Shown here: positions 12,516 to 23,739 of the stretch, piece after piece
How positions within the stretch are numbered: position 1 is the first letter of the stretch
Layout of the letters: every line of letters begins with the position of its first letter
Assembly: GCA_048013815.1 (NCBI GenBank)
Contig: CM106586.1
Span: 11,780,001 to 11,844,000, forward strand
Origin: Setoptus koraiensis
Lineage: Eukaryota; Animalia; Arthropoda
DNA length: 64,000 bases
Direction: 5' to 3'
The notes under the pieces: generated by a model
Told to the model about the DNA's origin: nothing
The model's input: only the letters and a program-made list of their open reading frames with translations
The model's database searches: none
Position numbers and translations under genes: made by a program

Positions 12516-13749
12516 AATAAATGTAGTTTTCAAGTTTTATGTAATGTTGTTGTTGTAATATAATAATAATAATAAATAATAATAATAATAATAGTTGTGG
12601 TCGTAATAATAATAAGATAAGTTAGTACAAATATAATATTAATAATAGTGTGTCACCTACTCGAGTATCGAGCGTTAAATGCCGTCTCGGCTAACAATAT
12701 GATGGTAATGATGGTGATGATTTCGATCAAATTGAGTCATTAAGTCTACCTGATCTTATCTGTTCCAAGACGTGCAGAGTTGATCAGCAGGACATGAGTA
12801 GTGGACCACGGAGTATGAATAAAAAAATGAATGCAAGAATGAGTAAACATAAGCGAGATGAGTTGTGTGCATTGCTCATCCACTTCATCTGCACAAACTA
12901 AACGGTAATAATATTATGGGCGCCTATTTGAACACGCTACAGACCCGCAATTGTTTGAGCGCTTGATTTGAACGCACTTCTATCGTTCATTTTGTGGAGC
13001 GGTCTTTCACTCCGAAACACTATTTCTAGTGTGAAGATCTCGCACAAGAGGTCGCTTTTTTCACATCCCCTGTATACTGCCCAAATCACAGCCGCTCAAC
13101 ACTACCAAGTGATACTTTTCAGCACGATGCAGCTGTACCCAATACGTTGTATTGTTCATCAATTGCAAACGGACTTCGTTTTGCGAAGTGCATCGATAAT
13201 CTTCAAATGAGATAACGGGAGAACTTATAGCTATCGGAGGACATGGGGCCTCCATCAAAATCCATACAATGCTGGGTAGACAAGAATCGTCATTCACGAG
13301 AAATAAAATTCGATGACAATTATGAGCATGTGAAAAAAATTGGTAGTGGCCACTTCGCCGATGTATATAGCGCAAAATCTTTGGACAATGGTCAATATTA
13401 TACCGTTAAAAAATCACGATTCCCTTTTCGTGATGGAACCGATCGTCAACGTAAGCTACAAGAAGTGAGAAATCATGAGCTTCTACCGCCACATGAGAAT
13501 TGTGTCAAGTATATCAAAAGCTGGGAGGAAGACGGATTACTTTACATTCAAACAGAATTGTGTAAGACTAGCTTGAACGAAATAATTGAAAGTGCCGAAG
13601 ATAAAAAATTGCCCGAAGATGTCGTTTGGGCATATATGGTTGACTTGTTGCTTGCTGTGAAGCATCTACATGATCATGATCTCATCCATTTGGACATAAA
13701 ACCTGAAAACATATTTATATCATTTGACAATATTGCTAAACTTGGCGAC
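11823..13749. repeat. Inverted repeat: 429-bp arms 11823-12251 and 13321-13749, about 1.07 kb spacer
   Basis: Codon-by-codon manual comparison from TAT GAG CAT to GGC GAC gave 15 mismatches in 429 nt (about 96.5% identity). Confidence 0.95.
12918..12972 (+). promoter_or_regulatory. Two CDE/CHR-like elements in the Myt1 / kinase-SET divergent spacer
   Basis: GGGCG-CCTA-TTTGAA (12918-12932) and GCGC-TTGA-TTTGAA (12959-12972): each is a GC box, a 4-nt spacer and the CHR hexamer. Confidence 0.4.
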
Positions 13750-14652
13750 TTGGGTCACATGGCCGATCTGAAAAAAGTTGCGATGACGTTGGCTAAATCA
13801 ACAGACGTATACAATCTTGGTGCAACTATATTCAAGATTTCCACCGGAATAGATTTGCCAACGGAACGTGATTACAAGATAGATGACTCCTGCTACAACG
13901 ATCTGAGCAGCGATCTAGTGAGAATAATTAAGCTAATGACGAATTTCAACTCCAATAAGCGACCCACAGTTGATAAGCTGTTGAATATGAAAATTAACTC
14001 GCCTTCGACTCCTGGCAAGAAAATCATGATTAAGTCGTACAAAAAAAGGTTGAACAAGACAAACGAAAACCAGACAAGCAAGAAGCAAACAAATAATAAC
14101 CAGACTAGGATAGACGATTACTACACTCATAAAATAAGAAGTCCTATTATACGCACCAGATCTAAAACCCCTAAAAATATCTCGGAGGATGATATCATCA
14201 AGCACTACTTGGCGGCGGGCACTGACCCAAAGTACATCTACTCACAAGAAGATCCAGAGCAAAAGAAGGGTCTTTGTGTATTCTCGCTAAGCGCTATAAA
14301 ACCTGGTCAATTCGTCTGCGAATATGCGGGTGACCTCATCTCTAAGGACGAATCGATTAAACGCATCTCGGAATATGAAAAACAAAATCTTGGATCGTAT
14401 ATCTTCGATTTGAAGTGGCGAGGAAAAATTTTTTGCTTGGACGCAACACTACCGTCAGGTCGACTTGGTCGTCTAATAAATCATAGTCGCAAGAAACCGA
14501 ATTGCAAGGCAGAACTATATACTTTTGAGGATCAACCACATTTAATTATAAGAGCTATCAAACATATAAAAGAGAATGAAGAGATTCTCTACGATTATGG
14601 GGAACGTGATGAAGCAACTATTAAAGCAAATCCTTGGCTAGCCAACACTTGA
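13243..14652 (+). CDS. Chimeric Myt1-derived (pseudo)kinase - PIP box - PR-Set7/KMT5A-like SET domain protein, 469 aa
   Basis: Single uninterrupted ORF. Residues 1 to about 245 are homologous to the adjacent Myt1 kinase domain. The linker carries QTRIDDYY. The C-terminus has SET8-type motifs: [63 protein letters not shown]. Confidence 0.9.
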   Translation: MGPPSKSIQCWVDKNRHSREIKFDDNYEHVKKIGSGHFADVYSAKSLDNGQYYTVKKSRFPFRDGTDRQRKLQEVRNHELLPPHENCVKYIKSWEEDGLLYIQTELCKTSLNEIIESAEDKKLPEDVVWAYMVDLLLAVKHLHDHDLIHLDIKPENIFISFDNIAKLGDLGHMADLKKVAMTLAKSTDVYNLGATIFKISTGIDLPTERDYKIDDSCYNDLSSDLVRIIKLMTNFNSNKRPTVDKLLNMKINSPSTPGKKIMIKSYKKRLNKTNENQTSKKQTNNNQTRIDDYYTHKIRSPIIRTRSKTPKNISEDDIIKHYLAAGTDPKYIYSQEDPEQKKGLCVFSLSAIKPGQFVCEYAGDLISKDESIKRISEYEKQNLGSYIFDLKWRGKIFCLDATLPSGRLGRLINHSRKKPNCKAELYTFEDQPHLIIRAIKHIKENEEILYDYGERDEATIKANPWLANT

Positions 14653-15921
14653 ATCATCAGGTTCGCTTGATAGTTTAGTAATCGATTCTGTTGGCATTGT
14701 CGGTCCTTTTATGACATTCCCAGTGCGCGAATATTCAGTATATCTTTCACTTTGCTCGAGTAGAAGTTCATTAGCCGGCGTCTGTAGATGTGACGGGTCT
14801 CCATATTTTTCGATAATATTCTTTTTTACATCGTTTTTATACTCATCTTTTTTAACTTCAAAAACTTTCAACACCGCCTCAGTCTTGGTGGGCAGGGCTT
14901 GCATATGGATATCTATGCCCTTATCTGCGGCCTGCCATGCGAACACCTGTTCCTTGTAAACTTTGTTGACATCTCCGGTGTATCTAACAAAATTCTCGCC
15001 TGCGTATGGTAAATCAGCAGGGTCCTTGTTATGCTCGTAGGGGTTTTCACGCATAGCACGAGTTTTGGGGTCATAGTATGCAGAATCTAGATCCAAATTT
15101 CGTAAGTACTTAGCAGTATCTTCTCTGATGCGTAGGTTACGAACTGTAATACGTTGCTTGCTATCTACTTTTGTGCCAGGCATATCGCTCTTGTCTGCGT
15201 ATTTATCTTCATCCTCACTGTCATCACTATCGCCATGATGTTTCTGGTCATCACGTTGATTATTTTGTTCAGTAGAAGTGCTTGGATCCTTTATAGCGGG
15301 TTCTTCGTTGTTGATGACGTGATTTGTTGATTCGTTTTTAAGTTTCTCTTCTTTCAATTGCCTTTTTGCCTCATCGACTAGTGCATGCTCTTCGATCACT
15401 GGTCTATACATATCTGGTTCAAATCCAGCCCATCTATCGCGCTTACTATCAAAGTCATGGCTAACCTCAGGTATTAAAACTTCGTCTGGAGCTATGTTGG
15501 TGTTTGTAAATTTCGCACCAACCTTTCTGGGTCTCTCCAGACAATCTTTTTTCTTGTGCGTGATGGCACCACAATTTTCACAAGCGCCACTCCGATATTT
15601 TGTGGCTGTCTGTAATTTTACGCCTCTTACATAATTCAAGTCCAAGGGTGCTTTCTGTTTCTCTGGTTTAAGTACTCTTTGATGTCTGAGGGTTGGATTT
15701 GTAGTATTGTAGAACCATGGGACTGTGGATATGTATTGCGGTATGTGAGGATTTATGTCACGACCTTCCTCGTCGACGGCAGCTGGAGCGTTACCGGCCT
15801 TCCTAGCTTCTTCTAATTCTTTGGCCTTTTTATAATCTTCTTGTCTGGATCGTTTCGATGATGGTTCCTCAAGGCCATCGGTTTTGTTTTTGATCAACTC
15901 TGAAATTGGCAGCGATGACAT
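14638..15921 (-). CDS. SLU7: Pre-mRNA splicing factor Slu7, 427 aa, apparently lacking the usual C-terminal region
   Basis: [35 protein letters not shown], zinc knuckle [67 protein letters not shown]. Confidence 0.95.
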   Translation of the reverse strand: MSSLPISELIKNKTDGLEEPSSKRSRQEDYKKAKELEEARKAGNAPAAVDEEGRDINPHIPQYISTVPWFYNTTNPTLRHQRVLKPEKQKAPLDLNYVRGVKLQTATKYRSGACENCGAITHKKKDCLERPRKVGAKFTNTNIAPDEVLIPEVSHDFDSKRDRWAGFEPDMYRPVIEEHALVDEAKRQLKEEKLKNESTNHVINNEEPAIKDPSTSTEQNNQRDDQKHHGDSDDSEDEDKYADKSDMPGTKVDSKQRITVRNLRIREDTAKYLRNLDLDSAYYDPKTRAMRENPYEHNKDPADLPYAGENFVRYTGDVNKVYKEQVFAWQAADKGIDIHMQALPTKTEAVLKVFEVKKDEYKNDVKKNIIEKYGDPSHLQTPANELLLEQSERYTEYSRTGNVIKGPTMPTESITKLSSEPDDSSVG

Positions 15922-16353
15922 GTCTGATTTAGCCTAGGATGAAGAGCTACCCCTTCCTATTAATTTAAATTTGTCAAATATTCTTCAAAGTGTTCATCAG
16001 GATGACTGGTCCGCAAATAATCCTATGAATCCTCTGGGTGTGGATCAGAATGTAGTATTTAGCAATCTTTACTATCCATTGCAACCAAGATAAAAAACCG
16101 CAAGGTTTATAGAATAAGTGAGGACAAAGTCCAAGAATGGAGTAATTTTGTTCGTAATTTTGAGCGCTTCTTTCGAATACGTTTATTTGTGTTGTCTTGG
16201 TTCTCTCACTGCATAATGTGCAGTGAATAGAATAAGTGAATTTTATTCACGACGCCACATGTGTCTCTCATTTAAAAGGTTTTCGGGTGCTGGAAATCTA
16301 GAATTCATGAATCAAAACAGTACTGTAATTAGGACAGATATTTAGCATCAATC

Positions 16354-17001
16354 ATGAGCATTGTGGACGAACAAGATGAAGTGGAGGGAACCGAGAAAAA
16401 AAAATTCAAGTATGGGATTCTATATCTGAGTTATGTTCCTGAGGGCCTAAATGTTAAATTATTACGTGAGATTTTCAGCCAATTTGGCGATGTGGGAAGA
16501 ATCTATTTGGCTCCCCATAAGGACGGAAAGAGGAAAAAATCCAAACACAAACGAGAATATGTAGAGGGCTGGATTGAATTCAAGAAAAAGCGAATTGCTA
16601 AACAAGTAGCTAAAACCATGAATGGTACAGAACTTAACTTTGCTCGCCGTGGCTGCAAATTGAATGGTCAAGTTTGGAGCCTTAAATATTTGCATAGGTT
16701 CAAGTGGACCAATCTTACAGAGGAGATCATGCACGCCAAAGCAATACGTGAGCAGAAGTTGCGTTTTGGAATTGGCCAGGCAAAAAAGCAAGTCAATTTC
16801 TATCAGAAGATGGTTGACAGATCATCCCAGATGAAGAAAGTTAAGGATCGGCCAGGCGATGAGGATTGTGACAAAGATTTCTCATCGTCGCCCTCCAAGT
16901 CAATGAATCACTTCTATCAGAACCAGCCCTATCAAGAAGACCTCAATAAGATCAATATTGAAACCGACCTACTGAGTCAAATTTTCAAAAGAACTTCATG
17001 A
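16354..17001 (+). CDS. ABT1: Activator of basal transcription 1 / Esf2 (RRM-like pre-rRNA processing factor)
   Basis: GILYLS.VP, FSQFGDVGRIYL, YVEGWIEF.KKRIAK.VA..MNG, WSLKYLHRFKW..LTE. Divergent from Slu7 across a 432-bp spacer. Confidence 0.93.
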   Translation: MSIVDEQDEVEGTEKKKFKYGILYLSYVPEGLNVKLLREIFSQFGDVGRIYLAPHKDGKRKKSKHKREYVEGWIEFKKKRIAKQVAKTMNGTELNFARRGCKLNGQVWSLKYLHRFKWTNLTEEIMHAKAIREQKLRFGIGQAKKQVNFYQKMVDRSSQMKKVKDRPGDEDCDKDFSSSPSKSMNHFYQNQPYQEDLNKINIETDLLSQIFKRTS

Positions 17002-17119
17002 GCTTTATGTGTACAAAAATTATAAATAATGAGAGACATGTTGTTCAACTGAATATTTTAATCTGGTTCATTCAATGCGTTCTAGTCTTATACAATATTG
17101 TATCATGGTATAGAATATT

Positions 17120-20100
17120 TTATATCACCTTTTCCCAATAGTCCATCGTTTTTATGAATTCTATTGCGCTACAAAATTGTGTCCACCAATAGGCTTGCTC
17201 CCCCTGAAACTGTTTCTCATAGAAACTATTCACGTATTGCACGGTGGAAAGCAGTGAATTAGGGTTTGCTTGTATGATTACAAAGACTAACACGGGCATT
17301 AAATCGTCTGCTGATGGAGCACTTTTTTCGTTTGCAATGCTCAGCAAGCTCATGATAGTTTTACAACATTTTACAACACAGCCCACTTTATCTCGGGCTG
17401 CTTTACACGAATTGATGACATCTATTTCTGCTTGAGCAGCGGGCCATGGGTATTCTAAATGATAGGTCTTAGCTATTCTCAAGTCTTTGTGGTCGACGTT
17501 GATAATTTTGCTGAGTTTTTTCATATGTTCGTTGAGCACTTTATCTCTATGAACATCAGCTTCTCCATTAGGATAAAATGCACTCCAGTATATCTGTGTC
17601 ATAACATGTCTTTCTATGATTCTACGTGCGTGTTCGACTTGTTCTTGGGTAGCTCTCCTCCAACTATTGTCACTTTCAAGAGCACTGTAGAGTAGAGTCA
17701 AAAATTTCTCAACTAGTTGTGTCTTCTCGTCCGCAGCCAATATCGATTGAAACTTTCTTATGAAGAACTGAACACTGCGGTCCTTTTGTTCCATGAACTG
17801 AGCGACATACAATGTCACTAGATTATGATTGCATATGAGCTTGTCTCTTTCTATGTGATTTAAAACATTATCTAGTCGGAAAGAAACAATTAATAACCGT
17901 TGATGGAACTCAACTAAATCTTTCATATACGTTGTGCGTCGATCATAATCATCCAGAACAGACCTCAATAGTTCTTGGCATGCACTATTGCTGAATGGTT
18001 TGACGCATCTAATGGCCTCCTTGATTGCAACGCTATCATTACTGTCAAGTCTAGATGCATTTGATAGTAAAACCTAATAGATGGAAATGGACGAAGAAAT
18101 GAATTTATCGTTAGCTAATCAAGTTCTCATCCCAATTCTTACTACCTAAGAGCACGAAATATAACGCGACACATGCGAGCATTATCTGTTACCTTCAAAT
18201 ATTTTACCAACTCATTTTCGTTGTTGGAAGGAGTATCCGCGCTGAGTGTTGCTGGCTGAGGCAAATACAGTAAATCTACAGACCCGAATACTCGTCGTAG
18301 CTTTTTCTTTATGTCCCCTATTGCAGTTGCATCAGCGTAAGATATAAGAGGTTCTATCATTGGCCATCGAGTCCTAAGTATTGGTTCATGAGAATCATCT
18401 GCTCTAAGATTGAGTAAACCCAATCGAGCTACAGTGTATGATAACGCAGTGTACTCTCCAAACTCGGGAAAGAAGTCACAGTCGCTAGCCATAACATCAG
18501 TGCTCCATGTATCGGATAATAGAGATTTTGTCTCATCCACTCCAAAATCATGTCGCACATCAAATTTGCAAAATCTGTCCTCTATCTCTATATCTCCCGG
18601 CGGTTCAGCAGGATGTACAGCTTGAACGACCTGTTGGACAGCAATGACCGCCGGTGGATCCTTTTGAACTACATCTGGTAGATCGTTTCCACTAAAATCA
18701 ATCAATGGACCTTGTATGATATTATTCATCTCATGATTTTCAGCGTTGTCAGAAGATCCTTGAGATGGTGTATTCCTACCGCTGACATTAGGTGTCGCAC
18801 GACCACTGCTCACATGAGCTGAAACCATATCAGATAAGTTGTCATTCTCGTTCTCTAAATCTAGAGACGACGAAGCAACAGAATTTACTGATGCAACTTC
18901 AGAATTTTCCATAATTGGAGCCTGATCGACTTTCTCCTCCGGTATGATAGTTGTAATATAGTCAGTAGAATTTCTGTTTGTGAATGGTACCATTAGGACT
19001 TGATAACCGGCGCAATTTATGCATTTGCAATGCATGCTTTCTACAACTCCTCCTTTGTTGCCCAAAGTTACATCGTTTGACGATGAACTTGTCTTCAATC
19101 CTTTTCGAGTTACTCTCTTCAGAACATTCCGGCGTGATCGAGGAGAACCGTTGGAAACTACATCATTACTAGCTGTACCAGATGTACCAGCACTCACAGT
19201 TGCATTACTGTTTGCTGAGACACTAGAGTTAGATCCAGGGCTAGAATTTGAGGTTAAGTTCATTTGGCGGTCGCGATTTTTGCAGTTTTTGGCGTCGTAA
19301 GATTCCAAAGGATGTCTTAAAGTTGATACAGCATTTTTTATCACTTCTGTGACGGATTCTTTCCATTCAAAAGAACCGTCTAGTTTCTGGACGACATTTT
19401 GTAGAAAGTAGATCAACATTGATAGTTCAGCCTCGGTTATTAGAAAACATGTTCGTGAAACATCTTTACAATTCGCCACGGAATCCACTGCTTGATCTAT
19501 GTCACATGTGTTATTCAAAACGTAGTCCAAGATAGAGGACACACAGTCTGCCGGAAATCTAGAATAAATTTCATTTAGTTTAGGTGTGCTTGGACCGGAA
19601 TTATTCGAGGGTTGATTGTTGGTGGAAACACTACTGCTGTTAAGAGGATTGTTGGAGGTATCACTCGTGTCTTTGATATTGACAAGTTGCTGGTTATGAT
19701 TTGTGTCTTCGTAATTGGAAACTGCAAGAACTTGAATGATTTGAGCAACTTGAGCCAGGTTGAATCTACCATTAGAACTTATGTATGCATCAGTTACGCC
19801 ATAATAATCAGGATAAAGTATAGCAGGACATATGAAACTACTGAATAGAAGATCTGAACATATAGTCCGGACTTGCCGATCAGTAAATTTGTTTTCTTTT
19901 GTGAGCTGTTCATAAACATACTTGATGATCCACAGCAGACTTGGTGGTAAACAATGTATGTTGTCGCGTATTCCTTCAATGAATTTCGCTGTGAATGATA
20001 CTAGTCTATTAGTTACATAAGTTCTATATAACTTGGTATTATTGGCAAACTCTGGCAATTTTTGATTTTGGGATGATTGTGTTGCATTCGATGAAGATGT

Positions 20101-21021
20101 CGAGGGCATCATAGGTTGATTATTAACGGCGTTAGAATGTCTGTGTCGCTCCTGATTGGCGAATCTAACTACGGCTTTATTCGGATCAATCTCCAGCATG
20201 ATTTCGTCTTCACCTAAAACATGAAGGATAGAGTCATTAAGCGTTGAATTCAAGAATAATCTAGCTTCTAACAAACTCTCTGTAAACGCTTTGAATAAAG
20301 CGCTGAAAGCACAAGAGCTAGAGCGAAGTAATTTTCTTGGATCATCACTTGTTATCAACTGTTTATCTATAAGCTTCTCCAAGAGGCGTAGGGTCAGCAT
20401 GTAGTCCTCATGTAATATAGCATTACCGTATACCGATGACATAAGTATCTGTGCGACATGCTCACAACTAGGATATTTTAGTAGCGAATGTTGTTGAGGA
20501 TGGCCGCCAGTCAGCAACTGCTGTTGTTGATTTGTCTCGCTAATATCTTGCGAACCGGTTGCGGCCAATTGACCAAAAGCGGAACCATTTTGAGCTTTAC
20601 TTAAGGGACCATTGAATGGTTTGTTTATAGCCAGTTGCTTGTGGCTTTGTTGAGCTGAATGATGATTGCGCTCGGCGTGTATCAGGCATTGAGCGATTAG
20701 GTCTGGATTGTTTCGTATCCGACTTAGTAACTCTGTAACATATGTATCATTATTTAGATTTTTGTAAGAATCTATAAAACTGGCCTGTTCAATAAGATTT
20801 GCCTTATCACAGGTGCTAGAATTAGAATTAATATCTTTGCGTGAGTAAATATGCTCGTATAAAGTTAATCTCTGTTGTCTTAAAATCCACGACACATGAA
20901 ATATTCTGTCACAGGTACTGGAAATTTTTTCATTTAAACATCGAATTTGTTGTTTTTGTTCATTAACAAACAAATGTTCTTTGCGCAAATCTTGAGCCAG
21001 TTGAACAATATCGTCCATCAT
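17120..21021 (-). CDS. GAPVD1: GTPase-activating protein and VPS9 domain-containing protein 1 (Gapex-5/RME-6), about 1260 aa, 2 exons
   Basis: Exons 21021-18193 and 18073-17120, with a phase-0 GTAACA...TATTAG intron of 119 nt. N-terminus LAQDLRKEHLFVNEQKQQI, RasGAP-like region, SAHVSSGRATPNVSGRNTP, SDTWSTDVMASD, and C-terminal VPS9 domain (PSADDLMPVLVFVIIQANP...GEQAYWWTQFCSAIEFIKTM). Confidence 0.94.
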
Positions 21022-23108
21022 TCTGACGTCCTATAGCTGCCAGAGAATAATTGGCTGCGCAGTGTAGTTGAGAGATAGATTTGTTGTTTTTTCTTCCTTT
21101 TCTCGGATATCAAACGCCCTGATTATGATCCGTATCCCTATTCATGTGATAGTATGGTATGTAATGATGGGTATCCGTTCCATGTGGGTTCGATCCATTT
21201 GATAAACATAACATGATCATGATAGGTTGGGCATCATACAACTGGTCGCCATACAATTGTACATATGAATATATACTTGTTTTTTTTTGTTATTCTTTCT
21301 TGTTATTATATTAGTTTGTGACCAGTTTTGATTTTAATCAAATAGGATCCCTCACTGAAGAATGTATGTCCAGCTGATAGGCAGATGTTCGTTAATAACT
21401 ATATTTACGGGAATATATCTTTGAGTTGCATGCGACACGGTGTCTATAGCATGTAGATGAGGTCATAAGGTTTTTTAATTGTGACAAATAGAACATTCAT
21501 TCACAACGTCGATAGATTTTTGGGGAGAGGCGTGGAAAATAAAAGTGAATTTCGATTGACTTTTATATAGTATTGTTGCTTCTGTTTTGGGCCTATATTT
21601 GTGTAAATTCTCCCGCTGGATCTCAACTATGGCGAATCGACCACAATGATTATACTGTGATAGTTGCTGGACTGACCGAATAGTGTGTTGGATATTGAAT
21701 ATGAGGCGCCTGGGAGTAATTAATAATGTCTAATCGTGTGTCTAAGACAACGAGGCCGATGTTAGTGTCCCTCTGTTTGATCGATCTATGTATCGGACAA
21801 TAAATAATAATCGATAGGAATATATGTGATATTACAAACTATTCTATCTATATCTATGGTAAGCTGATAATGATGATGCATGTGTTAGATTATACATTCA
21901 AATCATCTTATTCTAGAGATGGCAGACAATACCTACAGTTGTGTAGTATATGTCTAGAAATGTTATCGAGCTGCCGACGACAAAGATAAATAAATTATTG
22001 TATTATGTATTTGTTGTAATAATAATATCCACATGCACAAGATATGTAGTTCATGGTTGATGGCACGCTTTCAGCGCACACTGCCTGTGACACTGTTTTT
22101 GTGTACATATGTGAGTGCATGTGCGTAAGAGTGTTTGTGTGCGTTTTTTGGGTGCTTGTGTGGCTTTGTGTGTGCAGCATATAAAACACTGTGTGCCACA
22201 ATGGTGCAAGAACCTGCACCAAATGGACTTGTGTGTGTGTGTGTCACAAAGTGTGCGCGCTGCGAACAAAAAACAGAGTAAAGCGCACATTTGGTGCAAC
22301 AGATCGAACAAATCGAGGTGAGCGGTGCACAAGTTGGTTGCACCATCATGATTTATTGTTGTCAAGTTGAGACGAAAGTGATGCAATTGCGAATGAAAAT
22401 TAATCACAATTTTACAGGCTGTCGCTACCATAACTGTCTAATCAATCAATCAGCAAATTTATTCAATCTCCTAGATAATTTATCAAACATAAGATCATTT
22501 TGAATCCACATTCATAAATGCAAGCAGATTTTTTATGCATTAGCTTGCCAGCACCACCTCCAACAAGTATATATAACTGTTTCCTGTCTGATGTAAACTA
22601 TTCACGATGAATTTCAAACGATGGATGAAGCCGTTCAATTCATCGTACCCCTCTAACAGGTGGCGTAAGTGACTCGGTGAGGTGTTGCAGACTACTTTAC
22701 TTGCTGACAACTCGGTTGAAACTTTTACTTGTGAACAAATGAACATTGGACGAACGATTCGTCGATGGTCGCTGAAACATGTTTCGCAGAAAACTTATTG
22801 GCCCTGATACCTGTAAAATCCGGCTCGCTTTTAGTGGGGGAACATGAAAGCATCAGGACCTTTCTTTGATAATGAGATGAGACAACTTTTCCGCACTTTT
22901 GCCGCTCACAAGTCCGGCAAGCCCCATTCTTCATCAAGGCCGAAAGTCATGCTGATGAAATGAGATATAGACAAACTGGACAAACTACAGACACGCCAAG
23001 CAATAAGACGCCATTGGTGTTTAATTAGCAAGATGCAAATGCGGATAGTTTATTTATTCTCCCATTGATAATACGTTCCCTGGTGACAATAGGTTGTTGA
23101 TTAGTTGA

Positions 23109-23605
23109 TCATGGTTCTGGCTCGTGATTGTCGAACATAGGTATGCCAAACACCGAGACTTTGATCGGTCCATTTAGTTTCGAATCGGCCCCTCTTTTTC
23201 GATTGACATATACTTTGACTAGTCCATCCATAATGCTTTCGTTGAACTTGGGCAATCCCTCGCTCAAGGGACGGGTGTCCAGTTCCATTTTATAGAACAG
23301 TCTATTTAGAATATTGTGAGAAATATGAATTTATTGAATGGTGAGTAGTTCGGTAAGCAATGACTCATTTAATTGTCGACAGACTGATCATATACTTACG
23401 GCACATTAACTTCGACGTGCTTGCCAGTGCCAGAAACTTGGCTAGGACCCATAGACACTAGCTCGGGCATCTTCAAGTTTTCCAACTCATTTGTCACCTC
23501 CTTCGTCAAATCATTTGTTCCTTGCTCTTGGAATGAAGCAAGCTGGCATAAAGTTGAAACTAACAGTAGAGAGATGATGGCTGCAATTGTGTTGATAGGG
23601 GACAT
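23109..23605 (-). CDS. Small secreted protein of unknown function, about 132 aa, 2 exons
   Basis: Exon 1 is 23605-23400 (signal peptide MSPINTIAAIISLLLVSTLCQLASF; donor CC|GTAAGT). Exon 2 is 23301-23109 (acceptor AAATAG) and continues in frame as PLFYKMELDTRPLSEGLPKFNESIMDGLVKVYVNRKRGADSKLNGPIKVSVFGIPMFDNHEPEP*. Confidence 0.8.
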
Positions 23606-23731
23606 TTTCGGGCTTTTGCGTGAAATAATGGTTGGATGAGACTTTTCTATCGAGTTATGTATTGATCACTTTTTATGAGATTTGAATAACAAATGAGAAA
23701 TTGAGTTGGTCTGATTGCGATAGGTGAGATC

Positions 23732-23739
23732 TATTTATA
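23732..23739 (-). promoter_or_regulatory. TATA box of the small secreted-protein gene
   Basis: TATAAATA on the minus strand about 127 bp upstream of the ATG at 23605. Confidence 0.55.

Noticed and set aside
21145-21200. tRNA-like A/B boxes (TAGTATGG...GGTTCGATCC)
   Set aside because: Box spacing is too short and no cloverleaf stems can be built.
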